Under the pieces are notes generated by a model. That model worked only from the letters and a program-made list of their open reading frames with translations. It was not told where the DNA came from and did not search any database. From Auanema rhodensis (lineage: Eukaryota > Animalia > Nematoda): a DNA stretch of 64,000 nucleotides. The position numbers and the translations under genes are program-made. Below are positions 35,601 through 49,231 of this stretch, piece by piece (position 1 is the first letter of the stretch; every line of letters begins with the position of its first letter). The stretch lies in assembly GCA_964057225.1 (NCBI GenBank), contig OZ059900.1, forward strand, positions 10,044,001 through 10,108,000. The letters run 5' to 3'.

Positions 35601-36758
35601 TTCATCCAAATGAGCGGCTGTCTTATGCGGGGGTAGAAGAGAGATCATTTTAAACTGTCTTCTCATGCTACCCTCTATCTCTCTTTCTCTCTATCTCCTA
35701 TTTACAACTCGTACACTTTCCGCGTTACAACTGTATTCGTCTTCTAGTTTATTCTTGATAGCAAAAACTTTTCATCTTTTTTTCCTTTTCTATTTATTCA
35801 TAATTTAGAAAATTTTTCATCAAAAACAGCATTTAATGAATGTTTTCAATGCGCTTCCATCTGCTAGCGCGGTATCTTAATATTGCATTAAAAAAACAAT
35901 AGTTTGATCAGCAACATATGCTACAACTCAATTAAACGGTTTCCCAGCTTTCAGCACATATTCATCTTCAGTGTAGCTAAACGTCATAACTTTGCCATTT
36001 GATCACAGTAATGGATTATTATTACAATAACTAACTTTTTTCACACTTAAACACAAAAACTGCTCAACTTGGCGTAGTATAATAAAGTCGATTAGTGTAC
36101 TAGGAAAATGGCACGCTGTAAATAGGGTTACGCAGCTGTCACAGATGTTCTGATGCTCATATCGCTTAGTTTTCTACATAATTCTGCACATTTTGTTTTA
36201 TAATAATAATCTTCATTGTTAAAGTTTATCATATATTCTATTATAATTTATAATTATTTGTTCTCTCGTTATGATATTTGAAAAATTTTGAGAATGAGTT
36301 GAAAAGATAGATGATTTTGAAAATTTAACGAGGAAGAAGAAAGAAGGCTAAAGAGATAGAGATTTGGAAACAAGAAGAAATCGATGAGCCAACAAGAGAT
36401 ACTCAGAGAAAGAGCAGATTTTATCGTTTGTATAGCCGAGACAAAGGTATTTGGTTTGAAAAGCAGGACTTTGCGATGTTTGAAGTTCAGCAGTGGAATG
36501 ATTATTTGCCAGCACTTAGTGAGACGTTCATTCATGAAACACGCATTCTTTCACATATCTCAAAAAACTTTGCTATTTTTGTCGCAACAGAAGCAAAGTC
36601 ATCAAGCATTTTCAATTATAACTCGTAGTTTAAGATTTTCTTCTTTATTTTTGTATATTCCTTCGAATTTTTTCTCAATTCTTCCAGATATTGTAATACT
36701 CTATACTTTCGTTTACGCTTGTTTTATCGAAAAATATTATAAACTAAAGTAATTAAGG

Positions 36759-39700
36759 ATGATGTGGGTCATTCTGTCTTGGGTAATGGTCGCCTCTATT
36801 TGCTACTTTATTGTGAAGCATGTGGACAACCAACCTGAAGAGAATATTGACACCCAAAATAAACAATCTCATTCAACTGTTCAAAGTTCGACTAATGTTC
36901 GGTATAACATATATTAACTGAGAATAATTATATCTTAATTTAATGTATTTAAGCGGTGGCAATGAATGGGTTAACATTCTATTGAGCTGGATTTATAACA
37001 ATGTGCCAGGTGCCCCTGAGCCATTAAAAGAATGGATTCGCTCATTGAATGATGCTGCCAAAAAAGTTAGCTCGGTAGATTAAAATGCAAATTCATAACT
37101 AGTTCTCATGCTGCTATTTACTTTAGAATAAGTGTGGTGTCATATTTGAAGGATTTGGTGATCATAGAGACGATAAACAGGCACCGAAAATTGATAACAT
37201 TCGTGTCGAACAAGGACCACGCGATCACCTGGTATTATTTTAAAACTTGAACTTGAATTTATAAACTTTTTCGAAACGAATAACCTTTTTACAGACAATA
37301 CGATCTAATATTCACATACCTGTTTTACGATTAAATCTTGTATCTTCTCAACGAACATCTGATCGACTTGTAGTAAGTAATATGAAAGCCGTTATCACAG
37401 ATTTACGAGGCGAAGTAAGAAACCATTTATCTATTTCTGGAAATAAAAACATTGATTTAGATTGAATGTCGTGTAGCAATGATTGCTAATCAAACCTATG
37501 TCATGAGTTGTTTCAGTGGACGTCCAGAAATGGATGTTGATCTTATCTATACGGACACGAATGCCGTTAGTATTTTTTTGTTGTAAATACAGCTTTTCGT
37601 TCATAAATCTCGATGTAACAATTGAAAACAAATTTTTTTAGCAAGTTTTTGTGCCACCGCCACTTGTGGAAGAGTGCATTCGAAGATGCCTTCTGTCAGC
37701 TGTCACTAACATCAACGTATCGCAGCTTATTAACACCAGTGTAACAGAAATGGATAAATCAAACGATTATCCAAAAATGTTTGATTCCATGAATAGACAA
37801 ACAGCTAAACCAAACGTGAGTTGTGACTTTGTTTTGCGCATTTTCTCTTAAATATTTTCATTAAAATACAGAAACAGCTTTATATAAACATTGTAGAAAA
37901 ATTACCTTTTATAGGAACCGAGCTGGACAAGTGTTACCAAAGAACCACTGACTAAAACTAATGGAGCTGTAGCTAAATCACCTGAAATGTTTGAAAAAAT
38001 TAGCATTATCAGTAATAACGCTCTACAGCCAAGATCATCACAAACAAATAAATTAAAAGTTAATCTTCAAAGTATCACTGGAATAGATAGTATGATACAG
38101 CCAAAAGCAGCATTGTGTAATATATACATATATTAGGTCATCGTACACAAAATGTTCACGTAGTTGTGGAGATGGATGAGCCACCGCAAAGATTTAGCTC
38201 AACGCTTCTGCGCCATCCTACAAGTTCTCTAGCGGAGACTGAACACACATTGTATGCCACTTGGGTGCATTTGAAAATCTTACTAATAAATACATTATTT
38301 CAGCTATCTATCACCAGCATCCGAAGAAATTCTATTTGAAGTTTATGAGGACAATGAAAATGAGCTTGATGATAAGAATTTCCTCGGTTTAAGTATTGTT
38401 AATTTTGATGAAATTCGAAAAAGTGATAAGGTAATCCATATAGTATTCACAAACTGAAAAAAATCTGCTTTTCTAGAGATTACACGACTTAAAATTACAA
38501 GGTCGTCCCTATACTAACGATGTGGTCAGTGGAGAACTACGCGTTCTGGTAGGAAAATCTAATACTTTCTTCGTTTAACTGAATATTATTATTTAGTTCG
38601 ATTTCTTCTTCGATCCAACAGCAGTTAATGATGGCACATTGACTGACGTGGTTAAGATTAGAGATAGCAAAGGTACTGAATTCCGTGAAACATGTATAAC
38701 AAAGCGACAAACAATCGATGGACAGCAGTATTTGAACTTCAATAGACCATGTAACTCATCACCCGAAGTTGTGGATGCGCCAAATAATGTAATTATACCA
38801 TCTGCAACTACTCAAATCACTGTAAAGACAGTTTCACACGTATGTCTTTACTGTGCTTTGAACAACTATTTTCTTGTTTTCTTCAGCAACTCAAAGAAAA
38901 GCCAATTATTCACTCAGTTACTGGTTCTATGGAAAATGCTGTTGATCCTGAAACTCAGCTCATTTTAAATAAACGCTTTAACGCTGAAAATACAGAAGCT
39001 ATTAAGCAGTTAACGGTTGGATTTTAACTTTAATATCATTATAACTGGCATGTTAAGGATGAACTCAAACAAGTTAAAAATACCCAGAAGCCTGTGAATA
39101 ATGCTAAAACTGCCGATGATGAGCGACAGGGTCGTAGCAAAGGTTTATATGCGGAGTTAATGCTAGGTTTTATTTTCAACATGATATTTCAGAGAGAAAG
39201 AAACATGAAGGATCTCGTGATCGTTCATTCTTTGGTGAGATGCGCGACCGCTTGAGTGGAAGATTCAGGCGAAATCATAAGCGGTAATTTGGTGTTGCTT
39301 TTTACTTTTCTAAATAATGTATTCAGCTCCAAAAGTGCAGATATTAACAGCGCTGATATTGAAGAAGCTGTATCACTTCCCCCCAGTAGAGATCCCAGTC
39401 GTAGTCGTTATATTGGTGAGTAGAAATGCAAAATACTGTAGTTTGCGCTTATCAAAAACATTCAGATTATAATAAAGATACAAAGTATATGGAAACACGT
39501 TCTGTCGGAGGCCGATCAGGCAGTTCCAACAAGAGTTTGTATCAGCATTCGTCACTGGTCTTAGAATTAGAACAAGACGGACGTCAAAAGTATTATTTAT
39601 CATTCCGTTTTAAACCCTTCTCTAATCTAATTTTAGTTATCTTCTGATTCCTCCCGCAGTTTTAAGTGAACCAGCGGCTTCTAACTTGATGAAAAGAGGA

Positions 39701-40125
39701 AAGAAACTTCACATTTACAATGATCATACATTCGTAGCTGTAAAAATCAAAGGGTATATTAGCTTTTTAAAACTATTCGCATGTTACATTACTATTTTAG
39801 CGGAGTCAGCTGCAATGTATGTGAAAATCGGATAAAGGCCAGCTTCTCCAAGCAAGCATATCAATGCAGAGGTATGGATAATCACAATTTTATTCAATTT
39901 TACAATATACTACTTCTAGATTGTAAACTGGTCTGTCATAAGTCATGCCATTATAAAATAGATGGATTCTGCTCTCAAAGCTCAATATCGAAATTGCAAA
40001 TGTGAGTAATATTTTCAGAATACTTACAGTATATAATCAAATTTTTTAGAGCGCGAGACATAGATTGGGCACATTTTCTTAGTCATTATCCGCTAGAGGA
40101 ATTCATATCATTAGACGGAATTTAA
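36759..40125 (+). CDS. C2CD2/TMEM24-like protein: N-terminal TM anchor, SMP-like region, C2 domain, C1 (DAG/phorbol) zinc finger
   Basis: MMWVILSWVMV..., EWVNILLSWIY, VVEMDEPPQRF, EEILFEVYE..FLGLSIV, KLHIYNDHTFVAVK..CNVC..YQCRDCKLVCHKSC..FC, ending ...EFISLDGI*. Confidence 0.88.
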
Positions 40126-40885
40126 TAATTTAAATACATTAGCTTATTATTTATGTTGTTGCAGAACTTGCCTCACCCAATGAAATTTATACTTCAGGTG
40201 TTATTTCGATATTAAACTTTAGAATTAAACAAGTTAAACAGACAAATACACAAAAATTAGTAGATGAAAGAAAATAAAAATATATTTTATAAAAACTAAT
40301 ATAGTTTAATAGTATTTATATGATTTTTACGATTAGATGGTCGCAATTCTAGGATGTGATGATAATTGTTATTTTTTAATTCGCCCAACTGTTTCCAAAA
40401 CTACTACAAAAATTTCAGAAATCAAACTATAATTCTCTAGAAAGATGGAAAATCTATTAATTCTCGAATTTGAATATGCTATTAGTGTATAATAATAAAG
40501 ACTCGCAATTGATACTAAGTGGTTTTAATAATTTGCAATTTTTCTAAATTTTGATTGATTTTCCCAATATGTTTTCAATTTATTCGAATTTTTCTATAAA
40601 AGCAATAGTAGTTTTTTGTTTCTCATAAACTTTATTAACAAACAACAACAAATAACAACAAACAAATAGAAAACAAACAATAAATTCAACAAACAGACAG
40701 ATGAAAGAGCGAAATAGCCATGAGATCTCATATCTATAATGAGAAGAGCGAATTTTGTGGAAACGCATAACATCGTTTAACAAGAAAATTGGGTTACACT
40801 CGTATTTTGGCTATACTCATAAGGAAATTCTAAATCATTGTTTTAACTGATATATATTCGAATGCTAACATCTTTTTGATAACTT

Positions 40886-41367
40886 CTAAAGAGAATCTTC
40901 GAATTCAGCTTTATTATTGTTGTTGTCGACAACATGATCTTTCTCATTAGGGTATTCGTTAAAATCGGATGAAGGCGAGTTGTTATGAATAGATGCAGAT
41001 AAGTGAAGAGGTGGAACATCATTTTCAAAATTTAGTACATTGTCTTCGGGGTCCACGTTCTCTTTTTCATCTGAAGGTTCGATCGTAGTGGTACAACTCT
41101 GAATTACTATTTTCTATTGATAAAAATAGCAATTCCACTTACTTGTCTAGTATAATGAAATTGAGGTTCGATCTTCTTATAAAGAAGATTAGGAATATCG
41201 TCTCTCATAGTAGTGCAAGGATTGAGCCAGTATGGATGAATCCGAGTACATCTTGGACGACGTTCAGGCCTGGGAGAAACAACTGAATTTCTATCAGGAG
41301 ATAACTGAACAACGAGGTCTGGCCGTTCCTTCAAGATGGATGAAGACACTGTCTCATTTGAAGACAT
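40886..41367 (-). CDS. 2-exon disordered orphan protein (~145 aa) with KEN box
   Basis: MSSNETVSS...HYTRQ, intron 41142-41099, then SCTTTIEPSDEKENVDP...EDSL*. Phase-0 splice keeps the frame open. Confidence 0.7.
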
Positions 41368-42455
41368 AATTAGAGTAGATCAACAGTATGAAAAAGGTAA
41401 AGGTACTCTAAACAAGAGGCTTCATGAGTTAATGTTCAGACTACAAAAAATAACAACAACAAAAAATTTTAGGCCAAAAAAAATTAATAACTAATAATTA
41501 CGGTATACTACCGTAATCTATGCTTTCCCGTCGAATCTTCAGTCGGATTTTCAATTTTTAATTTTTCAAACTTTTAAAATTCAAATAAATTCGAAATTCA
41601 AATTCTCGTTTAAAATTATCATATATTATTATAATTTTTATGAGTATAATTTTATTTTAGTTCCTTGTTTTGGCAATTTTCTATAAACACTTTGATATTT
41701 CTGCTGTAATCATGGTGTAATCATGAAATCTTTAAAAATCAACAGTTTTGACCAGCTCTGAAAAAGCTAACGCCCTATTACTTTACAATAAAAGCAGCTA
41801 TTATATAGTATCAGACAAAGGGTAAGAGGAATCCCAACTTTCATTTAAATTAGAAATCAAATTATAAGTATTCCAAACGCAATACTTTTTTCAACTGCGT
41901 AATATGTCAAAATTTAGCTAAAGCTGTAGCATTCACGAATATGAATGATCTTTCCCTTTAAATAGAAACAATGTATATCAAACTCAAACCTTACTTGAAT
42001 AGTTTTAGATGTTTTTTCACCTTTTTTTTTTGTTTTGATGTTGTTTTACTTTATTTTTTACTTTTGTTTTACTATATTTCTATTCTCTAATGCTCTACAT
42101 TCGATCTACATCTTATCAGTTATCGAAAACAATGTATAAAATATATAATAGTATTGATTTTTTTAATTACTGGAAAATCTGTTTTTCAAACTTTTGAATC
42201 ACAAAAATTAGTGTCGAAGTTTTAAAACTCTTTTCTTATTTTTCAAAGCTCCGATTGATTATTTTCTCTGTAGCTCACTAGAACTAAAGGAAAAACAATT
42301 CCACATTTATAATGAAATGGAGATATACGGATAAACGTGTAGATATTGATAAGTAAGAATTGTTAGGTATAAATGTTTATTATAATAAAAAACAAATTTA
42401 TAATTAAATATCGAATAAATAAAATCTCAAGTAGATGCCGGTCATTTGTTAAGTT

Positions 42456-42815
42456 TTATTCAGGTTCATTGAAAACCTCGGCGCTGAAAACAAATTTCAA
42501 TACAAATCAGAATTACAACACTTACGTTTTCATCTTCAAACTGTCATTTAACCCCCTGAATCTATACTTTTGGTACTTAAACTCGGCCAATTCATCAGCA
42601 GAGACAAGACATCCTTCGCGTATGCTTTGCTTTATTTCCTTAAGCATTTCTTCCATTCTATCAATAATCATACAATGAAGTTTGAGATGTTTCACTTGTA
42701 AGGTGTGAGTTAGCCGTTCTTCTACTTGAGTATGAGAAGCAAACTCGGTTAACTTCTGTTCACAAAGATCTCTGATTTGTTCATCACTGAGATCGTTTTC
42801 GTTGTTCAGGCTCAT
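42456..42815 (-). CDS. 2-exon helical orphan protein (~105 aa) downstream of 5S copy 4
   Basis: TTCCAG acceptor then MSLNNENDLSDEQIRDLCE...LKMKT, phase-2 intron, AEVFNEPE*; motif at 42961-42980. Confidence 0.72.
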
Positions 42816-43029
42816 CTCTTTAACTGGAAATAAGTATTTAACTTCAAAAACAACTGCAATTATAATAAAATGATTAAAAACATTAAAAAAACATATAAAA
42901 TTGTTATACAGAAGAATAATTAAATCGATATAGTGTTTGAAATTCTTGCAATATCTAACTATCCCGCGTATCATTAGAGCACCGATAACTATTATCTCAT
43001 AGGTTTTTCATTTCTTCAAAGGATAAAAA

Positions 43030-43148
43030 AGCTTACGGCACCCGGGATTCCCAAGCCGTCTCCGATCCAAGTACTAACCGGGCCCAACGTTGCTTGACTT
43101 GCCAGATCGGACGGGATGGCGTACTTTCAACGTGGTATGGTCGTAAGC
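43030..43148 (-). rRNA. 5S rRNA gene, copy 4 (dispersed, inverted)
   Basis: Reverse complement identical to copies 1-3, with a T-run terminator. Confidence 0.99.
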
Positions 43149-43444
43149 GAATTAAAAGGTTAGTTTTGCGGTTTCATAAGGAATTTCGCTGACCGAGGCA
43201 TCAGAAAGTGCGCAACTTTTGGCAAAAAAAAATAAAACAAATACAATAAAACATCTGGATAATACTCTGTCTGAATTTTAGCATTACTCACCGAGTTATG
43301 ATGACAAATCTTCACATGAATCCATATATTAAATAAATTTCCCATCATTACTTATATCTCCAAATCAGTTAAGCTTATAGCTTGGATTACAATACGAAAA
43401 ATGGGATAACAATGAATTGGTGAAAGTGGCAGATATATGCGTTT

Positions 43445-43474
43445 GGTGTCAAAAATCGGTTGATCTTATTGTGA
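43445..43474 (-). pseudogene. U2 snRNA relic (Sm-site region)
   Basis: TCACAATAAGATCAACCGATTTTTGACACC versus array unit TCACAATAAGGTTAACCGATTTTTGAGACC (27/30 identical). Confidence 0.75.
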
Positions 43475-46400
43475 TCGATGATTCAGATAAAATGTTTTGG
43501 ATTGTCTTAATATTCACAATGTGTAGTAATTGTCTTGTAGATTCGTTAATATAAATGCAGTTTGATTAATCAAATTTAGTAGTTGTCAACTACGAACCTC
43601 GTAATTTTGTTATTATTTCTAAGCTAACTAGGTAAAATAGGGAGAATAGGTGTTTTTTTTTTCAAATAATCTTTATTGTTTCCTTTGTTTTATTTCAACT
43701 GTCGGAAATTGGCGTTATTTCGGTTATTTATACAGCGCTTTCATCATAATATCTAATGTCGTTTCTTGAACTAAAAGCGAAGAAAAGTAAAGAATAAAAT
43801 TGCCTATACACGCTCAATTAGCTTTATAGTCCATAGTTAGTTCAAGCTGACATTTCAATTTATTTCTTTTTCTGAAAAGGAACAAAGAAAAATGAATACT
43901 TTATAACAGCAATAATCACATTTTTTCTACATTTAATCTTTAATATTAACATGAACATAATCATATTAGATATCTATTCATTAAAAATTGAATTGATTTA
44001 TATTGTTATGAAATTATAAAATTTATATTTAAATTATAACATTCATTAACAATAGGATATCTAATCTCCTATTCTCTTTTTATTATAATTTCCGTTTAGT
44101 TCTCAATTTAGATTATTCAATCTATCATCCAACTTCAATATTTATTTCTATTTTGCCACTGATAAACCTTTTACTTTAAGTTTTGGCATTCATAATATTT
44201 GGAAGATAATCCTTCACCAAATAAAAAGAAAAGTTTTTAAAAGTTTTTCTTACAAGTCCATTGCATTCTTCATCCATCCTTTGTATTAATTTTCATTCTT
44301 TTAAACTTTTTTCTTTTGCATAAAATCTTTGTTTTCTCTTCACAAAAGTGTTTTAGCATTTTTCATGAGCTTCACACACTTTCCATTCTAACCTGGCTAA
44401 AGCATCCTGGCAACCATGATAGCATAACTGAGCAAAAAACATTATTTCCGTTCAAGATGTCTTATCATGCATATAGCTCTATGAACCTTTTGAAGAACTC
44501 TTGAAGTGCACTTAGTTGTTTCATATAAAAAATAGAAAAAACTAAGCTTCTCTCATTAATTTTAGTTTTTTTCTGACTTGTGCTTCAGTATAAAAACCAA
44601 ACTCTATTATATATCATTATTCACATGTTATTTATATCTTTTTAATAGATAGCATTCTATGTTTTTTTGTCTTAATGTTCGACAATGCAAATTGATTTTA
44701 CTTTAATTTTTATTACAAGAATGTCAGCATTTAATCGTATATAATCATCTTTTGTTCTTTCACAAAGCATGTTTTTCAACATGTGACAGCTTGTGCAACA
44801 GCTTACTTCAATACCTTTTTCAATATTTTAATTTTTTTCAAAATAATGACACTGATTTTTGAGTTGAGAAGAACACCCTTATTTTATGCTATTAGAACGT
44901 TTTGATATTAAAAAACAATATTTTTACTTTTAAAACTTTATTTTTTCTTTTGACTTGACACATGCTTAACCTAATTTTTTATTCAAAAATTTTCCTCCTT
45001 GTAAAAGCTACATTGACTCATCCCAATTTCAATAGAAAAATGTGCTATTCAGCTGAGTTTTCTGCTCTATTCAAGTGAATTCTGCAATATGCACTTAGAA
45101 CATCCTTTACAAATGCATTGGTCAAGAAATGGTCAATCGATTTGATGCATGCTTGGCAAGTACAACGAGTACCCCAAACTGACGTAAAGCATTCATTATT
45201 TCTTTTCTCTGTTTGAATGTATATCTTGTTTAATGTTCAGTTTCATCTGATTGAGTGTAGAATGAGAGGAAGGACTACTGAAGTGAAAAGAAAAGTAGTC
45301 TGAAGGAACGGATATGCATCATAATATTTTACGATTAAGAGAGAAAGAGGAAGATTAGAGAAATTTTTGGAAATAAACGTTAGATGTGAAGCAAATACAT
45401 TTCTGTTGTGAGCTAGAAATGACTTCATGATTAGAAATGTTAGAAACTTTTTCTTTTAGAACATCAAAATTATATTTTCCTCATTTTCTTCTATAAATGT
45501 ATTCTTTCTCGGTAACTTTATATGTTAGCATAAACCCGTTGAAATGTCTCAACTTTTGATTTTGTCCTTTTCTCTCAAACTACAAGAAGCTTTTTCCAAA
45601 TATTTGAATGTTATGCTCTTTTAATTATTTAATCTGGTTTATTGCTCTTATGATTTGCATATTTTTTATTAAATTCTATAATCTTATTTTATTTTTAGTA
45701 AGAATCGTCAGCAACCTAGCAATCTTACTAATCTTCTACTAAAATAGTTGACCCACTCCTTCACTAAAGTCGTAATTTTCCTTTTTTTTTTAAAGGAAAC
45801 AAGCTAAATGTTGGAGTGGGTCAACTTTATGTTCTCATATGAATAAAGGTGCAGCTAAGTCGGATTTGAAAATCAAGTTCGTTCAAATGGAAAGCAGGTT
45901 AATAACAAGTTTTATAAGTTTACTTTTCAACTAATAGTTATAATAAAGAATGATTTCAAAAATTAGTCATATACGTGAAAACTAATCCAAAAATATGTTT
46001 CGCATAATACTAGAAAAATGATTATTTCCTAATGAAATTTTGTGTCAACTAAGAAGATAGAAGATATATTCTGCTTAGTGATATGCCTGAAAAAATCTTC
46101 TCCTTCATGGTTAAAAATAATAAACAAGCTGCAGAAAAAGTTTAATTTCTTCAATATTTTTGTAGTAAAGAATGTTAGTTGATCTCTGAATCAACATTTG
46201 AATTCGAATTCGAGCTCTCTAGCACTTCCAAAATGTATTACAACCTCATTTTGAGCACAGAATGAGTTTTCGTCGTTCAGTTTGTGAAGAAAAAGTTTAT
46301 TTAACTTATGACTATGCTTGAATGCACTTTAAGTCTTTTTTAAGCTGAAATTTTCATTTTGATCAAACTAAAAACTCATTCCGTTAGAGTATGTATACAT

Positions 46401-49164
46401 ATATGAGACGTATGATCTAACATTAGACATCTTGGTTATATAAGTTTACTTTTCAATTAAAAGTTTAAGAAAACAAAACAAAACATTTCAAAAGTTATTC
46501 CTGTACTTCTAAACTAATCCAATAATATGTTCTCATGATTTTGATCCAAAAAAATATCTTTTCATTCAAATTAATTAAAGATTGAAACATCTCTCCTGTA
46601 GTGTAGCATATTGAAATATTAAATGGTTCTACTCATTCCCCATTCATGGAAAACTATGAATTTCTTTTTGAACCATTTTCTCTTTCAACTCAATCATTAT
46701 TCAAACAAAAACAGGACGGCCAGTAAATATACTTATCGATATCTGAAGCTGATTCTGTGTTCAATGCAATAGCTGTATTTATGTTCATTAATACAATAGC
46801 TAACGCATAATTTACCTTAAAATTAGTGATATTCATGATTAAATTTAGTTTTCGTCCAAAAAAGATATGAGCGAATACATAGAAGGGAGGAATATATATT
46901 TCAAGCCAATCTTAATAATTAACTGTATGTAGTTATTGATTTTCATTAGAGTTAATTGATTATTGATTGGAGTATATGATATTGAAAAACTCTTAGTAGA
47001 AAAATCTCAAATACTGTTTTATTCATTTTCTACAAATAAATAATAAAATTAATTTTTTTTTTGAAAGTAAGTTGTAGTTTTTATTTTTAAATATCAAACA
47101 AATGAAAAAAGCATTGTTTACAGCTGTTGAAAGTCAAACAACTCCATCCGTTTGCCAAGAAATGTTGCGGTTTTTGTTATTACTTTGAAAAACACGTACT
47201 GATATAAGTACAAACAGGTATACACTGCTTTATCTTTATGTGAGGTATGTTTTTAATTTTTTGAAAATAAAAGTTATAAAGAAAAGAATAATCAACGTAT
47301 GAAGTCATCAAATTTTCTCAAAAATTACGTTCAACAATGTGAAATAGTTTTCTTTCATTTCTTTTACGTGCATCTGTTAAATTATCAGAATGAGCTATTA
47401 ATAAAGTACAAAAATAAAAAAATCCAAAAAACAATTGTATTTCAAAGATTTTTCTATTTTTTTCTTATCTTTTGCTATTTTAAAAAAATTCTCATAGTTG
47501 AAATAACGTTCATTGCTGTCATTCTGTTCCCATTCTCTAACATTTTTTTTTCAAACGAAAAAAGAAGAAGCAGATTTATAGACTTTCGTTACCCTGTGAG
47601 ATAATTTATACAGCATAGTCCTCCGTTCATTCTTTTTTTTAAGAGGAGAAAAAAATGATTTTCAATTTCATTTTACTGTGGTTGGCAAGAGATTTCCATT
47701 TGGGTGAATGTGAAAAATGATTTGTTTACTATAGTGTGAGAAGAAATTGAAAATATCTAAAAGAACAGTCTTCAAAATTTAGATGCTGTACTGTAATTTG
47801 AAAGGAATTATTTTATTTCATAACATTTTTTTCTCGCGGTTATTTTGTTGAAGAAAATAAAAAAATTCCCAAATTTATTTCACATGAAAATCGTAAAACC
47901 TGATAAGATTTTCAAAATTAGTTATGTTGATAATGGAGGGAAAATGTTTTCTTGTATAACTGAAAACTATCGAAAGAATTGATTTACTGACTGAAATTTG
48001 AACAATAGTCAACTTAAAATCATATAACGTCTTTCGGTTCTACTCACATCTGGATTTGTTCATAAGCTTGTTCACTTTTTTTTCTAAAAATTACCTGAAG
48101 ATACCTCAAATATATATTCATATATACGGATGTGAAAAGACTGCACAGCGTCTCTTCAATCCCTTCCGTGTTCAATGAGCCTCGCAAACCTTTTTGTTTT
48201 CTATCTTTCCCTGTGTGATCAAAGACTCTCACAGTTGTAAAGAATGTTCGGCAACGCTTCGCTCGATTGAGAGATGAGGACGTTGACGACGAAGAAATGA
48301 AAGAGAAATGAGATGCAGGTGCGTGTATGTGGACGTTTGTGAAGAGTGGTCGGTGCTAAGAGAGCAAGCAAATGTGAGAGATACTGAGAATGATGGGACA
48401 GATCAAGGGCCGAAATGCGTATATATCGAACAGACGTCAGAGCGTTAGTATGCAGTAGAGCAGAGAAGCAGATCGTATGCAGGACATAGAGGGACATGAT
48501 CAGGGTTATGAGAGAGTAAATGACATGAAAAAATGGTAGACAATTGAGTTAGAAAAAGAAAATGAAAAGAATGAAGATGTGGGTGTATGTAGAAAAGGCT
48601 ATCTAGATAGTAGAGAAGAGGAAAAAAGGTGAGAGATGGTTTGAGCGGAGTGGAAGATAGAACTAGATAGAACACACGAATGGAACACGGACTAGAGAAT
48701 GAAGACATTGACAGCCAAAGCGAAGATGGTTGAAATGTGTTCACAAAACAAAAACTGGATACTCCGAAGAACTTCTACTGTTCCGTTTTGATTTTTTTTT
48801 TGATTAAATAATGAAATAATATGATCAATGAGGAGCATTTATTATAAGTAATAAATGTTGGCCAATGGGAAAAACAACGTTTGTTACATCCCACCGTCTC
48901 TCGCATTTCACCATTCATTATTTAAAATTATTGATTCAATTTGTAATAGGTTATACACCTATATTAACCTGTTATTTTTCTTATTTTTTGAAATCTTTTC
49001 TAAAAAAAATACTAATAATTAGATTAATTTGTTATTTCTTTCTTAAAATTGTTATGATTGAATATGCCAATGCTGTTTTCATATCTGATAGTTAAATTGA
49101 TTGTGGACACTGCTTTTGAATATTATCATGCTAGACATTGTAGATAGTTACGTATCCACACGAA

Positions 49165-49231
49165 GACAACTGGCTTTCATGCTGATCTCAGAGCTCTTAA
49201 AAGTCTTAGATCGACAAGAAAGCCGGATGTC
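49165..49231 (-). ncRNA. mir-82: bantam/mir-80-81-82 family pre-miRNA (mir-82-like)
   Basis: The 3p arm (49190-49169) reads TGAGATCAGCATGAAAGCCAGT, two mismatches from C. elegans miR-82 as I recall it. It pairs along its length with the opposite arm, with a ~11-nt loop. Confidence 0.85.

Noticed and set aside
36340-36752. Open frames upstream of the C2CD2-like gene
   Set aside because: Could not be spliced in frame to the ATG at 36759 and show no recognisable motifs; may be UTR or an unresolved alternative exon.
43519-43537. Plus-strand GTGTAGTAAT resembling the U2 variant junction
   Set aside because: Only ~10 nt and opposite in orientation to the nearby U2 relic; could be chance.
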